Below are positions 9,028-16,930 of a stretch of DNA of 39,502 nucleotides, piece by piece. The DNA is taken from contig CAYXYO010000207.1 in NCBI GenBank assembly GCA_964469365.1, positions 1-39,502 on the forward strand, in the 5' to 3' direction. Within the stretch, counting starts at the first letter, position 1, and each line of letters starts with the position of its first letter. The stretch comes from an uncultured Desulfobacterales bacterium (GTDB taxonomy: Bacteria > Desulfobacterota > Dissulfuribacteria > Dissulfuribacterales > QOAL01). Under the pieces are notes generated by a model. That model saw only the letters and a program-made list of their open reading frames with translations. It made no database searches and was not told the DNA's origin. The position numbers and the translations under genes were made by a program.

Positions 9028-12000
9028 CTATCCGCCAATGGCGAAGACCTCGGGGTTGATGTCAGGAAAAACAGGATTTGCAGCCTCAAGCTCCTTCAGT
9101 CTGCATAGCGCGGTTTCATTGTGGCCGCCGTGCCAGAACAGGGCCGCGGCAATCCAGAAGCGTTCAAGGTCGCCGAGGTAAAACTCCTTCATACGGTCAA
9201 CAAAGTGACCGTTTGATATCACAAAAGGTATGTCGCTGTTCATGGCCTGGAGCACCTCCCTTGCTGCCTGCGCCCCTGCCCTGACGGCAAATTCGTCGTT
9301 CCTGCGGCTGTTCCTTATCTCTGTGGCAATGGCCACCATCTCCCGTATTGCCTCGTGGGTATGTCGGTACATCCATGAAACGGAACCGTACATCCACTTG
9401 TCAAAGGTGCCTTTGTCTCCCCAGGACGAGGGGTTGAGAAAGACTTCCTGGTTCCTGCCGTACCTCCTGAGGTATGCCCCCGGGGTTATCAGTTCTGTTT
9501 CATTTTGATTATAATAGAGCTTTTTCAACAGGAAATAGAGAAAATCCACCCCTTCATACCAGTGATGCCCAAAAAGTTCAGCGTCGTACATGGCCACCAC
9601 AACCGGTTTTTTCCAGAACCAGTTCCGTATGTGCTGAAACCTGAAGTTACGGGCCTCCATAAAGTGCTGGGCGTGCAGGGCTGCCTTTTCCATGGCCCGT
9701 TCCCTTACGTAAGCCTCCTTGAAATTGTTGTCCCTTGAGGTAATCCGGTTGTACTTCAGTGGTCCGCCCTTCATGTGAAATTCCAGGTAGTCAGGGTCTC
9801 CCGGATAGCCTTCGTCTCCGCTCCATACCTGTTTGCCGGTTTCAGGATCGCGGGCAAAGGCGGCCACGTCGCTTCCCTTGATGAATACCGGGGCGTGCAC
9901 CCCGAACTGCACATGGGCGTCGGCGTCAAGCACGCCATGGGTTTCAGTGAAAAAATACCTGAGCCCTGCTGCCTCAACATGCCTTTCAATGCCGGGAGTG
10001 TAGGCGCATTCAGGAAGCCATATCCCCAGGGGCATGCGGCCAAAGGTGTCGTTGTAATCATTGACCGCCGTTTCGATCTGGGCCCTTACGGATTCAGGAT
10101 AGGCGGTATAAAAGGGTAGAAAGGCATGGGTTGCCCCGCATGTGCTTATTTCAAGGCAGCCTGTCTCCTGGAACCTGGCAAAGGCCCTGGTGAGGTCACA
10201 GCCGTAACGTATAAAACAGTTCTTTGTCTCCAGAAACCTTTCAAGATGCATCCTCGCGGTGTCGTGATAATGACGCGCCTCCCGCCATGTCCTGTCAACC
10301 TCTGCCCTGGCGAGGCTTATATGGGCGTCCATGTACTTCAGAAATTCGTCCTGGAGCATGGGAGACCGCATCATGTTGGAAAGGGTTGGAGAAATGTCCA
10401 TGGAGAGCCGGAAATCCACCCCCTCATCCACAAGTTTTTCAAACATCCTTATGAGGGGCACATATGTTTCGCGGACTGCCTCGTGAAACCATTCCGGCGG
10501 GTATCCCATTGGCTGCCATACGCCGGAAGTGCCGTAGGAAACCCGTTCCCTGATAAAGGGCAGGTGCGCGTGCAGGTGAATGGCAAGCAGGCCCGATGAG
10601 TGAAGGGCCGAGTCCATGACCGACCTTACGGGAGCAAAGACAGGGTGTTCCCCTGAAAATGCCACGTCCCTGTAAACAGGGGGGTTGTGGCCATGACCCC
10701 TCCTTATTGTCTGTATGGCGTTTGATGGGGCTGTAAGCTCCTTCACGCTGCCGTCGCCTGCCGTGGCAATGAGCTGTACGCGATACACGCGGTCAGGTTC
10801 AAGGGCAATATAATAACTGTCTGTTATGCCCAGGTGAACTTCAACATCCCTGTCAGGGTGGTGATGCAGGCTGCCGCCAAACTCGTGAAATACCCTGATG
10901 TGGGTTTTTACCTCGCCATGAGCTTCTGCAAAGTCCCCAAGCCCTTTGTCAAGCCTTGCCCTGTCAAGATGCCAGTATGCAAATGCCCTTGCCTCGTCAA
11001 CCGGAAGAAGCGTTATGTGGTCTTCCCTTGCGGGAACGACGGCAGGGGAGGATTCAATTATCGGGATGCCTTCCGGATAGTTGCCGTTTTCATCTGCCGG
11101 ATACGCAGCAAGCACTGCAAAAAGGGCGTTATTGTCATCAAGGGAGTCAAAAAACCAGTCGGATACGCCGGGCGGCAGGGGGGCTGAAACCCTGAGAAGG
11201 GTCCTGCCCCTGGCGTCAAGCCTGTAAAGATTTACTTTCAGTTCAACATCCTGCCATGAAATGGAATGGGCCGCCTCGAACCTGTCGGCTATCTCCCGCC
11301 ACTCTTCAGGGGAGATGTCCCACCATGCCCTGGCCTGCACGGTATCTTCCTCCCAAACCTCCCGTTTAAGCTCCATAAAGGGCGAGCGGCCGGGGATGTC
11401 CAGCGTCTCTGAAAATAGTACCCTTTTTATTTCAGGAGATGGGAACTCAATGGTGAAAATTGTGGCAAGCGGGAAGGGGTTATCTTTAAGTGGCGCCCCA
11501 TTCCCCCTGTCTATAGCCCCCTTTTCCATTATTACCAGGGAAATCTCCGTTACAAAACCTGTTACCAGGGCATGATTTGAGAAGCCGACATCAATCCACT
11601 CCCTGTCTGATCTCTCGGAACCGCCGGTCCTGCCGTCGCGTCTGACGCGCAGCCACAGCTCCACGTCACTTTCCCAGTCAAGGCGGGTGGCGCTCTCCAC
11701 ATCATGCCGTATCCGGTCCCACTCCACGTCATGCCATGACAGATGGTGCCTCCCTTCATTTTCAGACACAAAGGAGATTCGGGGAGTCATGCCGTCAGGA
11801 GCTGAAATGTTGAGCCTGAACTTCTCTTTTGCCGCGAGAATCACCCTTGCCCCCTTTTCAATGTCAACCGGACATTCCACCTGATTCAGGAAAGAACACT
11901 TTCTTTCAATTGCGGGAGTGTCAGAACCTTCCGGAATAATTTGTAAAACAAGGTCTTCCTCAAGGGGGTTCAGGCCGGCTACGGTCTCGTCATTCCAGAG

Positions 12001-12099
12001 AATGGTCCACTGCCCCCTGGCAATGGATATTGAAACCCCTGGAAATGAGCGGACAGGGCATGTTTTTGATGACTGTATAACGGGTTTGTGTGTTTTCAT
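9028..12099 (-). CDS. GH57-family alpha-glucan enzyme (branching-enzyme-like) fused to a ~500-aa N-terminal extension of DUF4912-like repeats
   Basis: The C-terminal half carries GH57 branching-enzyme-type blocks: LAIHLHAHLPFIRE, YVPLIRMFEKL, SMDISPTLSNM, LGIWLPECAY, FFTETHG, VAMYDAELFGHHWYEG. The N-terminal half carries repeated W-rich modules (AFAYWHLD..., ARAWWDISPEEW..., SWHDVEWD...). I prefer the ATG at 12099 over the TTG at 12126. Confidence 0.8.
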   Translation of the reverse strand: MKTHKPVIQSSKTCPVRSFPGVSISIARGQWTILWNDETVAGLNPLEEDLVLQIIPEGSDTPAIERKCSFLNQVECPVDIEKGARVILAAKEKFRLNISAPDGMTPRISFVSENEGRHHLSWHDVEWDRIRHDVESATRLDWESDVELWLRVRRDGRTGGSERSDREWIDVGFSNHALVTGFVTEISLVIMEKGAIDRGNGAPLKDNPFPLATIFTIEFPSPEIKRVLFSETLDIPGRSPFMELKREVWEEDTVQARAWWDISPEEWREIADRFEAAHSISWQDVELKVNLYRLDARGRTLLRVSAPLPPGVSDWFFDSLDDNNALFAVLAAYPADENGNYPEGIPIIESSPAVVPAREDHITLLPVDEARAFAYWHLDRARLDKGLGDFAEAHGEVKTHIRVFHEFGGSLHHHPDRDVEVHLGITDSYYIALEPDRVYRVQLIATAGDGSVKELTAPSNAIQTIRRGHGHNPPVYRDVAFSGEHPVFAPVRSVMDSALHSSGLLAIHLHAHLPFIRERVSYGTSGVWQPMGYPPEWFHEAVRETYVPLIRMFEKLVDEGVDFRLSMDISPTLSNMMRSPMLQDEFLKYMDAHISLARAEVDRTWREARHYHDTARMHLERFLETKNCFIRYGCDLTRAFARFQETGCLEISTCGATHAFLPFYTAYPESVRAQIETAVNDYNDTFGRMPLGIWLPECAYTPGIERHVEAAGLRYFFTETHGVLDADAHVQFGVHAPVFIKGSDVAAFARDPETGKQVWSGDEGYPGDPDYLEFHMKGGPLKYNRITSRDNNFKEAYVRERAMEKAALHAQHFMEARNFRFQHIRNWFWKKPVVVAMYDAELFGHHWYEGVDFLYFLLKKLYYNQNETELITPGAYLRRYGRNQEVFLNPSSWGDKGTFDKWMYGSVSWMYRHTHEAIREMVAIATEIRNSRRNDEFAVRAGAQAAREVLQAMNSDIPFVISNGHFVDRMKEFYLGDLERFWIAAALFWHGGHNETALCRLKELEAANPVFPDINPEVFAIGG

Positions 12100-12115
12100 G
12101 GATATATACCTGGTA

Positions 12116-12274
12116 GTGCCTTGCAAGATTGTCTTTCTGGCACATGGATGCGTTGTTGGCGAAATGAAAAATGTTTACATGGTGTTGCGGCGTTTTCGAA
12201 CTTGTTGCTTCCCGCACTGAACCGGAAATCCGGTTTCATAAATATTCTGTTAAAGGATACATGTTGCAAGGAGA
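12116..12274 (+). repeat. Intergenic imperfect-palindrome repeat, family copy A
   Basis: GTGCCTTGCAAGATTGTCTTTCTGG...GAAATGAAAAAT...GTTGCGGCGTTTTCGAACTTGTTGCTTCCCGCACTGAACCGGAAATCCGGTTTCA aligns along its length with copy B. A distal TTGCAAGGAGAG may be the 3' arm. It lies between the DUF190 stop and the GH57 start, both on the minus strand. Confidence 0.55.
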
Positions 12275-12288
12275 GAAAGGCAGCCGTT

Positions 12289-12621
12289 TCAGCCGGCATG
12301 AACCACCACAGTGTCGCTCACGTCAACAAGGCCCCGCTTTATAACCTGTTTCAGTTCGGGTATTATGGCGTCAACCTTTTCCGCTGTCTCCACAAACTCG
12401 ATTTTCACAGGCAGGGATTCGGTCAGGGTAAGGAGTTTGGCAGAGTGCAGTATGCCGTCATGGCCGAAACCGCCTATGCCGCGTATTATTGTGGCCCCGC
12501 GCACCTTGCGTTTCATAAGCAGTTCCACCAGAACCTTGTGAAGCGCGCGGCCGTTAAAGGTTTCCCCGTCTTCAAAATAGATTGTCACCCTTTTGGCAGG
12601 ACCTGTTTCATCGGGCTTCAT
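12289..12621 (-). CDS. DUF190 (PII-like, CrcB-associated) protein
   Basis: KRVTIYFEDGETFNGRALHKVLVELLMKRKVRGATIIRGIGGFGHDG matches the DUF190/UPF0166 pattern. It lies immediately downstream of crcB. I prefer the ATG at 12621, preceded by GGAGG. Confidence 0.75.
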   Translation of the reverse strand: MKPDETGPAKRVTIYFEDGETFNGRALHKVLVELLMKRKVRGATIIRGIGGFGHDGILHSAKLLTLTESLPVKIEFVETAEKVDAIIPELKQVIKRGLVDVSDTVVVHAG

Positions 12622-12643
12622 GTTTCCTCCTGTCAAATCAGTA

Positions 12644-13021
12644 TCAGCCAATGGCGCGTTGCAGCCATATGCCGACGCGTACGGCGGCAAGGGCAGCAAT
12701 TACATTGGCGACAATATTAAGGGATGCCATTGCCAGGGAACCTTCCCTTGCCAGCACATCCGTTTCATAGGCAAAGGTGGAGAATGTTGTAAAGGCTCCA
12801 AGAAAACCAACCGCCCAGAAAAGCCTGAGCTGCGGTCCGGCCAGTGCCCTCTCCATGAGAAATGTAAGCAGAAAGGCAAGTACAAAACTGCCAAGCGCGT
12901 TTACCGCCAGGGTACCCATGGGGAAGGCGATGCCGAACCACCTGTTGACCATCCCTGATACAACATACCTTGAAATGGCCCCTGCAAAGCCTCCCGCGCC
13001 TACAAGAAGATATTTTATCAT
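12644..13021 (-). CDS. crcB: Fluoride ion channel CrcB/Fluc
   Basis: Small 4-TM protein. MIKYLLVGAGGFAGAISRY...PMGTLAVNALGSFVLAF...GFLGAFTTFSTF are typical CrcB blocks. I prefer the ATG at 13021 over the ORF-track start at 13096. Confidence 0.85.
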   Translation of the reverse strand: MIKYLLVGAGGFAGAISRYVVSGMVNRWFGIAFPMGTLAVNALGSFVLAFLLTFLMERALAGPQLRLFWAVGFLGAFTTFSTFAYETDVLAREGSLAMASLNIVANVIAALAAVRVGIWLQRAIG

Positions 13022-13150
13022 GACTTCATTCCAGTATTCAATAAACAGACAACCATTTTGTTGACATGTGAAGATTAAGCCTGTAAAGATTAACATAACA
13101 GTCTGTTTTTAACAAGCGCATAATCATTCCAAACAGTTAGGAGTTGACAA

Positions 13151-14086
13151 ATGAAAAGGGTCTTTACATTGGTTTTGCTGGCCGTCTTCGGGCTTTCAGC
13201 TTTTGCCATTACCGCCGTTGTGGATAATGCTGACGCCAGGTCAAGGATGGGAGGGCGTTCCTTCAGCAGGCGCAGTACGCCGCCCCCCATACGGCGTTCA
13301 TCGCCGCCTCCTGTGCCGCGCGGCGCCAAAACATCCAGGACAGGAAAAACAGGGAGCAGCGGTTTCATGAGGGGCATGGCAGGCGGGCTTGTGGGCGGCA
13401 TGCTTGGCTCCATGCTTTTTGGAGGTATGGCCCACGGCATGGGAGGCGGTATTGGCGGCTCCGGCATGGGGCTTCTTGACCTCCTTATCATTGGCGGCAT
13501 CATATATTTTATCTATACAAGGTTTGTAAAAAAAAAGACCGGAGAAATGAGCGGTTCAGGGAGTAACCCCCTTCAGCCGCCTGTGTCACCGTCTGCCGCT
13601 CCGGAACAGCAGGCGTATAATGGCGGACTTGACGCTCCTGCCGCTCCGGGGCAGCCGCTCCAGCCTCCTCCGCCTCCTGCCGCTGACATTGACGAGGAAG
13701 AGATAAAGGAACTGGCGCAGGATATATTTTTCAGGGTGCAGGCAGCATGGATGAACCGGGATATTGACGTTATCAAAAATCTTGCGGGTCCTGAACTGAC
13801 AAAGCTCTATGAAGAAGAGTTCCGCAGCATGAAGGAGGCCGGCAGAATAAACCGGCTGGAGAACATTGCTGTAAGAAATGTGGAAATCCTCGAGCAGGGA
13901 GTGGATGACGGACATGAATTCATAAAGGTGAGGTTTACGGCAAACCTGCTTGATTATACGATAGATGAAGCGAGCGGGGAAGTTGTGGAGGGTGACAGGT
14001 TGAATCCCGTGAAGTTCCGGGAGACGTGGACCCTTGCCAGACCGTCGGGAAGCGGCCAGTGGCGGCTTTACGGCATAGAGGAGTAA
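13151..14086 (+). CDS. Membrane protein with C-terminal Tim44-like domain
   Basis: N-terminal signal/anchor, a Pro/Arg-rich stretch, a Gly/Met-rich segment, a TM helix (LLDLLIIGGIIYFIY) and a Pro-rich linker. The final ~150 aa (IKELAQDIFFRVQAAWMNRD...WTLARPSGSGQWRLYGIEE) resemble bacterial Tim44-like domains. Confidence 0.7.
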   Translation: MKRVFTLVLLAVFGLSAFAITAVVDNADARSRMGGRSFSRRSTPPPIRRSSPPPVPRGAKTSRTGKTGSSGFMRGMAGGLVGGMLGSMLFGGMAHGMGGGIGGSGMGLLDLLIIGGIIYFIYTRFVKKKTGEMSGSGSNPLQPPVSPSAAPEQQAYNGGLDAPAAPGQPLQPPPPPAADIDEEEIKELAQDIFFRVQAAWMNRDIDVIKNLAGPELTKLYEEEFRSMKEAGRINRLENIAVRNVEILEQGVDDGHEFIKVRFTANLLDYTIDEASGEVVEGDRLNPVKFRETWTLARPSGSGQWRLYGIEE

Positions 14087-14128
14087 GGAGAGCCTCCCCG
14101 CATTCAATATCGCCGCGCTGTTTAATGC

Positions 14129-14175
14129 GGTTATTTCCCGTGCCGCGCTGGAAAGTCCGGTGTTTCAAGGCATCC
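14129..14175 (+). repeat. Partial (3' half) copy of the intergenic repeat family, copy F
   Basis: GGTTATTTCCCGTGCCGCGCTGGAAAGTCCGGTGTTTCAAGGCATCC aligns with the 3' arm of copy B (GGTTGTTCCTTGCGCTGAACCAGAAAGTCCGGTTTTTCAAGGCGTCC). The 5' boundary is uncertain. Confidence 0.4.
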
Positions 14176-14218
14176 TGTAAGGTAATGTTAGAAAATTGAA
14201 TTAGTTTCTTGACACGGT

Positions 14219-14247
14219 TTTTCCCATAATTTATATAAGATAGAGTT
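14219..14247 (+). promoter_or_regulatory. Candidate sigma-70 promoter for ihfA
   Basis: TTGACA (14219-14224), a 17-nt spacer, then TATATA (14242-14247), about 120 nt upstream of the ihfA ATG. Confidence 0.4.
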
Positions 14248-14368
14248 TGATGAAGAAAGAGTTGAAAGTTTTCGGGTTCAAACAGCCGGTTATTACAGGT
14301 ATATTATGTATGGAATTTAAGGTAAACCGGCAGGTTTTATTTATACGACATTCAGGATAGGGAGAGAT

Positions 14369-14656
14369 ATGACTTTAACAAAGGCTGACATTGTAAACAG
14401 GCTGCAGGAAGCAGATTTGATACCCAAGGCAAAAACCGTGCAGGCTGTTGAGACCTTGATAGAAATAATGAAAAAGACCCTTGAAGACGGTGACAATGTG
14501 CTTATAAGCGGTTTTGGCAAGTTCTCCGTAAAGGACAAGAAACCGAGACGGGGCAGGAATCCCCATACCGGAGACGACCTGATGCTTGAGGCAAGAAGGG
14601 TCGTGACGTTCAAGCCGTCAGGTGTTTTGAGAAACAGGATAAATAAAACTTCCTGA
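14369..14656 (+). CDS. ihfA: Integration host factor alpha subunit (HU/IHF family)
   Basis: MTLTKADIV...GFGKFSVKDKKPRRGRNPHTGDDLMLEARRVVTFKPSGVLRNRI is the IHF-alpha-type pattern. An AGGGAGAG Shine-Dalgarno sequence lies upstream. Confidence 0.85.
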   Translation: MTLTKADIVNRLQEADLIPKAKTVQAVETLIEIMKKTLEDGDNVLISGFGKFSVKDKKPRRGRNPHTGDDLMLEARRVVTFKPSGVLRNRINKTS

Positions 14657-14660
14657 TATA

Positions 14661-15692
14661 TTACCCTTTAATTTCTGCGTACAACTGGCCGCAGGCAGCG
14701 GAAATATCCCTGCCCTTGCTCTTTCTTACAATAACCGTATAGCCCTTTTTCATCAAAAGGGCCCGAAACCTCTCTACGGAACGAGGTCCTGGTTTCCCGT
14801 AGGGCAGACCTTTGCTTTCATTGAAGGGTATAAGATTGATTTTGCTGCGGATGCCTCTAAGCTGAAGCGCAACTCTTTCCGCATGTTCCGGGCTGTCGTT
14901 TATCCCGGCAAGCAACAGATACTCAAAGGTTATGCGCCGTCTTGCCTTCATCCTGAAATTTCTGCATGCGTCCAGAAGTTGTTCCAGGGGATGGAGGCGG
15001 TTCACAGGCATGATGGCGCTTCTCAAACTGTCGTCAGGCGCGTGAAGAGAGATGGCGAGCCCCGCGTCAACACCGTCTTTTTCCATTCTTTTTATGCCGT
15101 CAACAAGGCCGCATGTGGAGATGGTAATGCGTCGGCATGAAAAGTTCAGGCCAAGGTCATCGGTCAGTATTTCAATGCCTGCCATCACATTTTCATAGTT
15201 GGCAAAGGGTTCTCCCATACCCATGAAAACAATGTTTCTCGGACGGCTTTCCGGTTTTACCATTGCGCTTGCGGCAAGCACCTGACCGGCTATTTCCGAC
15301 GGAACAAGCTGTCTGACAAAGCCCATGGAGGCAGTGTGGCAGAAACTGCAGCCCATGGCGCATCCTACCTGACTCGACACGCAGATGGTGGTATGAGCCT
15401 TCTCCGGGATGAGAACCGTTTCTATGATGCGGCCGTCACGCAGACGGAATGCCCACTTTACTGTTCCGTCCACGGATTTTTTGACGCATTCCGTTTCAGG
15501 AAGGTAAAATTCCCCTGTTTTGCCCACCAGTTCACGGAATTTCCTGGACAGATCAGTTGCCTGGTTAATATCACTGAACCCCGGATTCCATAGCCACCTG
15601 AACAGTTGTCTCCCCCTGAACGCAGGTTCACCCATGCCGGTTACCCACTCTTCAAGCTGACGCCTCGTATATGACCTCAAATCAATCTTCAC
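14661..15692 (-). CDS. rlmN: 23S rRNA/tRNA adenine-C2 methyltransferase, radical SAM
   Basis: FRGRQLFRWLW at the N-terminus, the CxxxCxxC site VGCAMGCSFC, MGMGEPFAN, SLHAPDD and CGQL near the C-terminus. Confidence 0.9.
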   Translation of the reverse strand: MKIDLRSYTRRQLEEWVTGMGEPAFRGRQLFRWLWNPGFSDINQATDLSRKFRELVGKTGEFYLPETECVKKSVDGTVKWAFRLRDGRIIETVLIPEKAHTTICVSSQVGCAMGCSFCHTASMGFVRQLVPSEIAGQVLAASAMVKPESRPRNIVFMGMGEPFANYENVMAGIEILTDDLGLNFSCRRITISTCGLVDGIKRMEKDGVDAGLAISLHAPDDSLRSAIMPVNRLHPLEQLLDACRNFRMKARRRITFEYLLLAGINDSPEHAERVALQLRGIRSKINLIPFNESKGLPYGKPGPRSVERFRALLMKKGYTVIVRKSKGRDISAACGQLYAEIKG

Positions 15693-15845
15693 TATAAATA
15701 TTCCCTGATGCCGCTTGAGCAGACTCGATTCGCGTGTTAGTTATGAGCGTATGACGCATGTAAAAGAGAATGTGAAACTTTATCTTGACAACAAAATTTC
15801 CTTCATGGTAACTCTATATATTAAGTGTACAAAATTCAACCTTCA

Positions 15846-15989
15846 GGGCACCTTGCAAGATTGTCTTTTCTGGTCAGTTGTCGCGTCATTGACAAAATGA
15901 AAATAATTGTATCTGGCTGATACGTTGCGTTTTTTCGTTTGGTTGTTCCTTGCGCTGAACCAGAAAGTCCGGTTTTTCAAGGCGTCCCC
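15846..15989 (+). repeat. Intergenic imperfect-palindrome repeat, family copy B (best-preserved copy)
   Basis: The 5' arm is GGGCACCTTGCAAGATTGTCTTTTCTGGTCAG. The reverse complement of the 3' arm is GGGGACGCCTTGAAAAACCGGACTTTCTGGTTCAG. The internal blocks are shared with the copies at 12116, 30640, 3992 and 22668. The copy ends 41 nt before the porC ATG. Confidence 0.65.
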
Positions 15990-16030
15990 AATAATCAGAA
16001 CTAACATAAAAATACTGAATCGGGAGATTT

Positions 16031-16582
16031 ATGATGAAAGAGATCAGACTCCATGGCCGTGGCGGACAGGGCGGAGTTACATCTGCTGAACTTGTCGCCA
16101 TAGCGGCCATTGATGAAGGCAGATTCGCCCAGGCGTTTCCAAGTTTCGGGCCGGAACGGCGGGGGGCGCCTGTGGCGGCATTTGTAAGAGTCAGCGACAA
16201 ACAGATCAGAACAAGGGAAAAGGTTTATCATCCCGATATTGTCATGGTGCTTGATCCTTCTCTTCCTGCCCTGGTAAACGTTTCAGACGGCATAAAAGAT
16301 GACGGAATCGTAATCCTCAATACACAGTTGTCCGCAGGCGAGATACGTGACAGTTTTGGTATCAAGACCAGAATAGCCACCGTTGACGCCACCAGTATAG
16401 CCGCTGAAGTTCTGGGGCTTCCCATTACCAACACAACCATGCTGGGCGCCCTGCTCAAGGCTACCGGCATTGTGGGCATGGACGCCCTTGGCACAGCCCT
16501 GGAAAACAGATTCGGGAAACTTGCTGAAAAAAACAGGGCCGCCATGGAGCGGGCCTTTGAAGAAACCGCGGTTTCCGCATAG
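16031..16582 (+). CDS. porC: 2-oxoacid (pyruvate-type):ferredoxin oxidoreductase, gamma subunit
   Basis: IRLHGRGGQGGVTSAELVA...FPSFGPERRGAPV is the gamma-subunit signature. It is the first gene of a gamma-delta-alpha-beta operon. Substrate (pyruvate, 2-oxoisovalerate or 2-oxoglutarate) cannot be fixed from sequence alone. Confidence 0.85.
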   Translation: MMKEIRLHGRGGQGGVTSAELVAIAAIDEGRFAQAFPSFGPERRGAPVAAFVRVSDKQIRTREKVYHPDIVMVLDPSLPALVNVSDGIKDDGIVILNTQLSAGEIRDSFGIKTRIATVDATSIAAEVLGLPITNTTMLGALLKATGIVGMDALGTALENRFGKLAEKNRAAMERAFEETAVSA

Positions 16583-16631
16583 TCCGCGCCTGACATAAAG
16601 AGAAAAATACAGACAAAGAGGAGTAAACAAC

Positions 16632-16928
16632 ATGGCCAACAATGACGCCATTACAGGATGGAAGACAATGCCATTCGGACTCCATGTCCTTGAACCGGGG
16701 AACTCCGCCAGCTTCCGCACAGGCGACTGGCGCTCCCAAAGGCCGGTTCTGGACCGGGAAAAGTGCATAAAGTGCGGCATGTGCTACATTTTCTGTCCTG
16801 ACATGAGTTATGATACACAGGATGATGATGGATACTATATATGTAATCTTGAATACTGCAAGGGTTGTGGGATTTGCGCCCATGAATGCCCCAAAGACGC
16901 CATTTCAATGGTACCGGAGGAGGGTTGA
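16632..16928 (+). CDS. porD: 2-oxoacid:ferredoxin oxidoreductase, delta subunit (2x[4Fe-4S])
   Basis: Two ferredoxin Cys motifs: CIKCGMCYIFCP and CKGCGICAHECP. Confidence 0.85.
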   Translation: MANNDAITGWKTMPFGLHVLEPGNSASFRTGDWRSQRPVLDREKCIKCGMCYIFCPDMSYDTQDDDGYYICNLEYCKGCGICAHECPKDAISMVPEEG

Positions 16929-16930
16929 TC

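Noticed and set aside
13022-13150. Fluoride riboswitch upstream of crcB
   Set aside because: The conserved fluoride-riboswitch sequence blocks are not identifiable by eye on the minus strand. Only vague AAAC...UAAUC resemblance is present. A cmsearch scan is needed to be certain.
13090-14107. Minus-strand ORFs (137 aa and 173 aa) opposite the Tim44-like gene
   Set aside because: They run antisense to a CDS with a clear domain architecture. The Pro/Met-rich translation mirrors the Gly/Pro-rich sense strand.
15847-15858. GGCACCTTGCA in the repeat 5' arm, considered as a sigma-54 promoter (TGGCAC...TTGCA)
   Set aside because: GG and GC are only 8 nt apart, not the required 12, so this cannot be a -24/-12 element.
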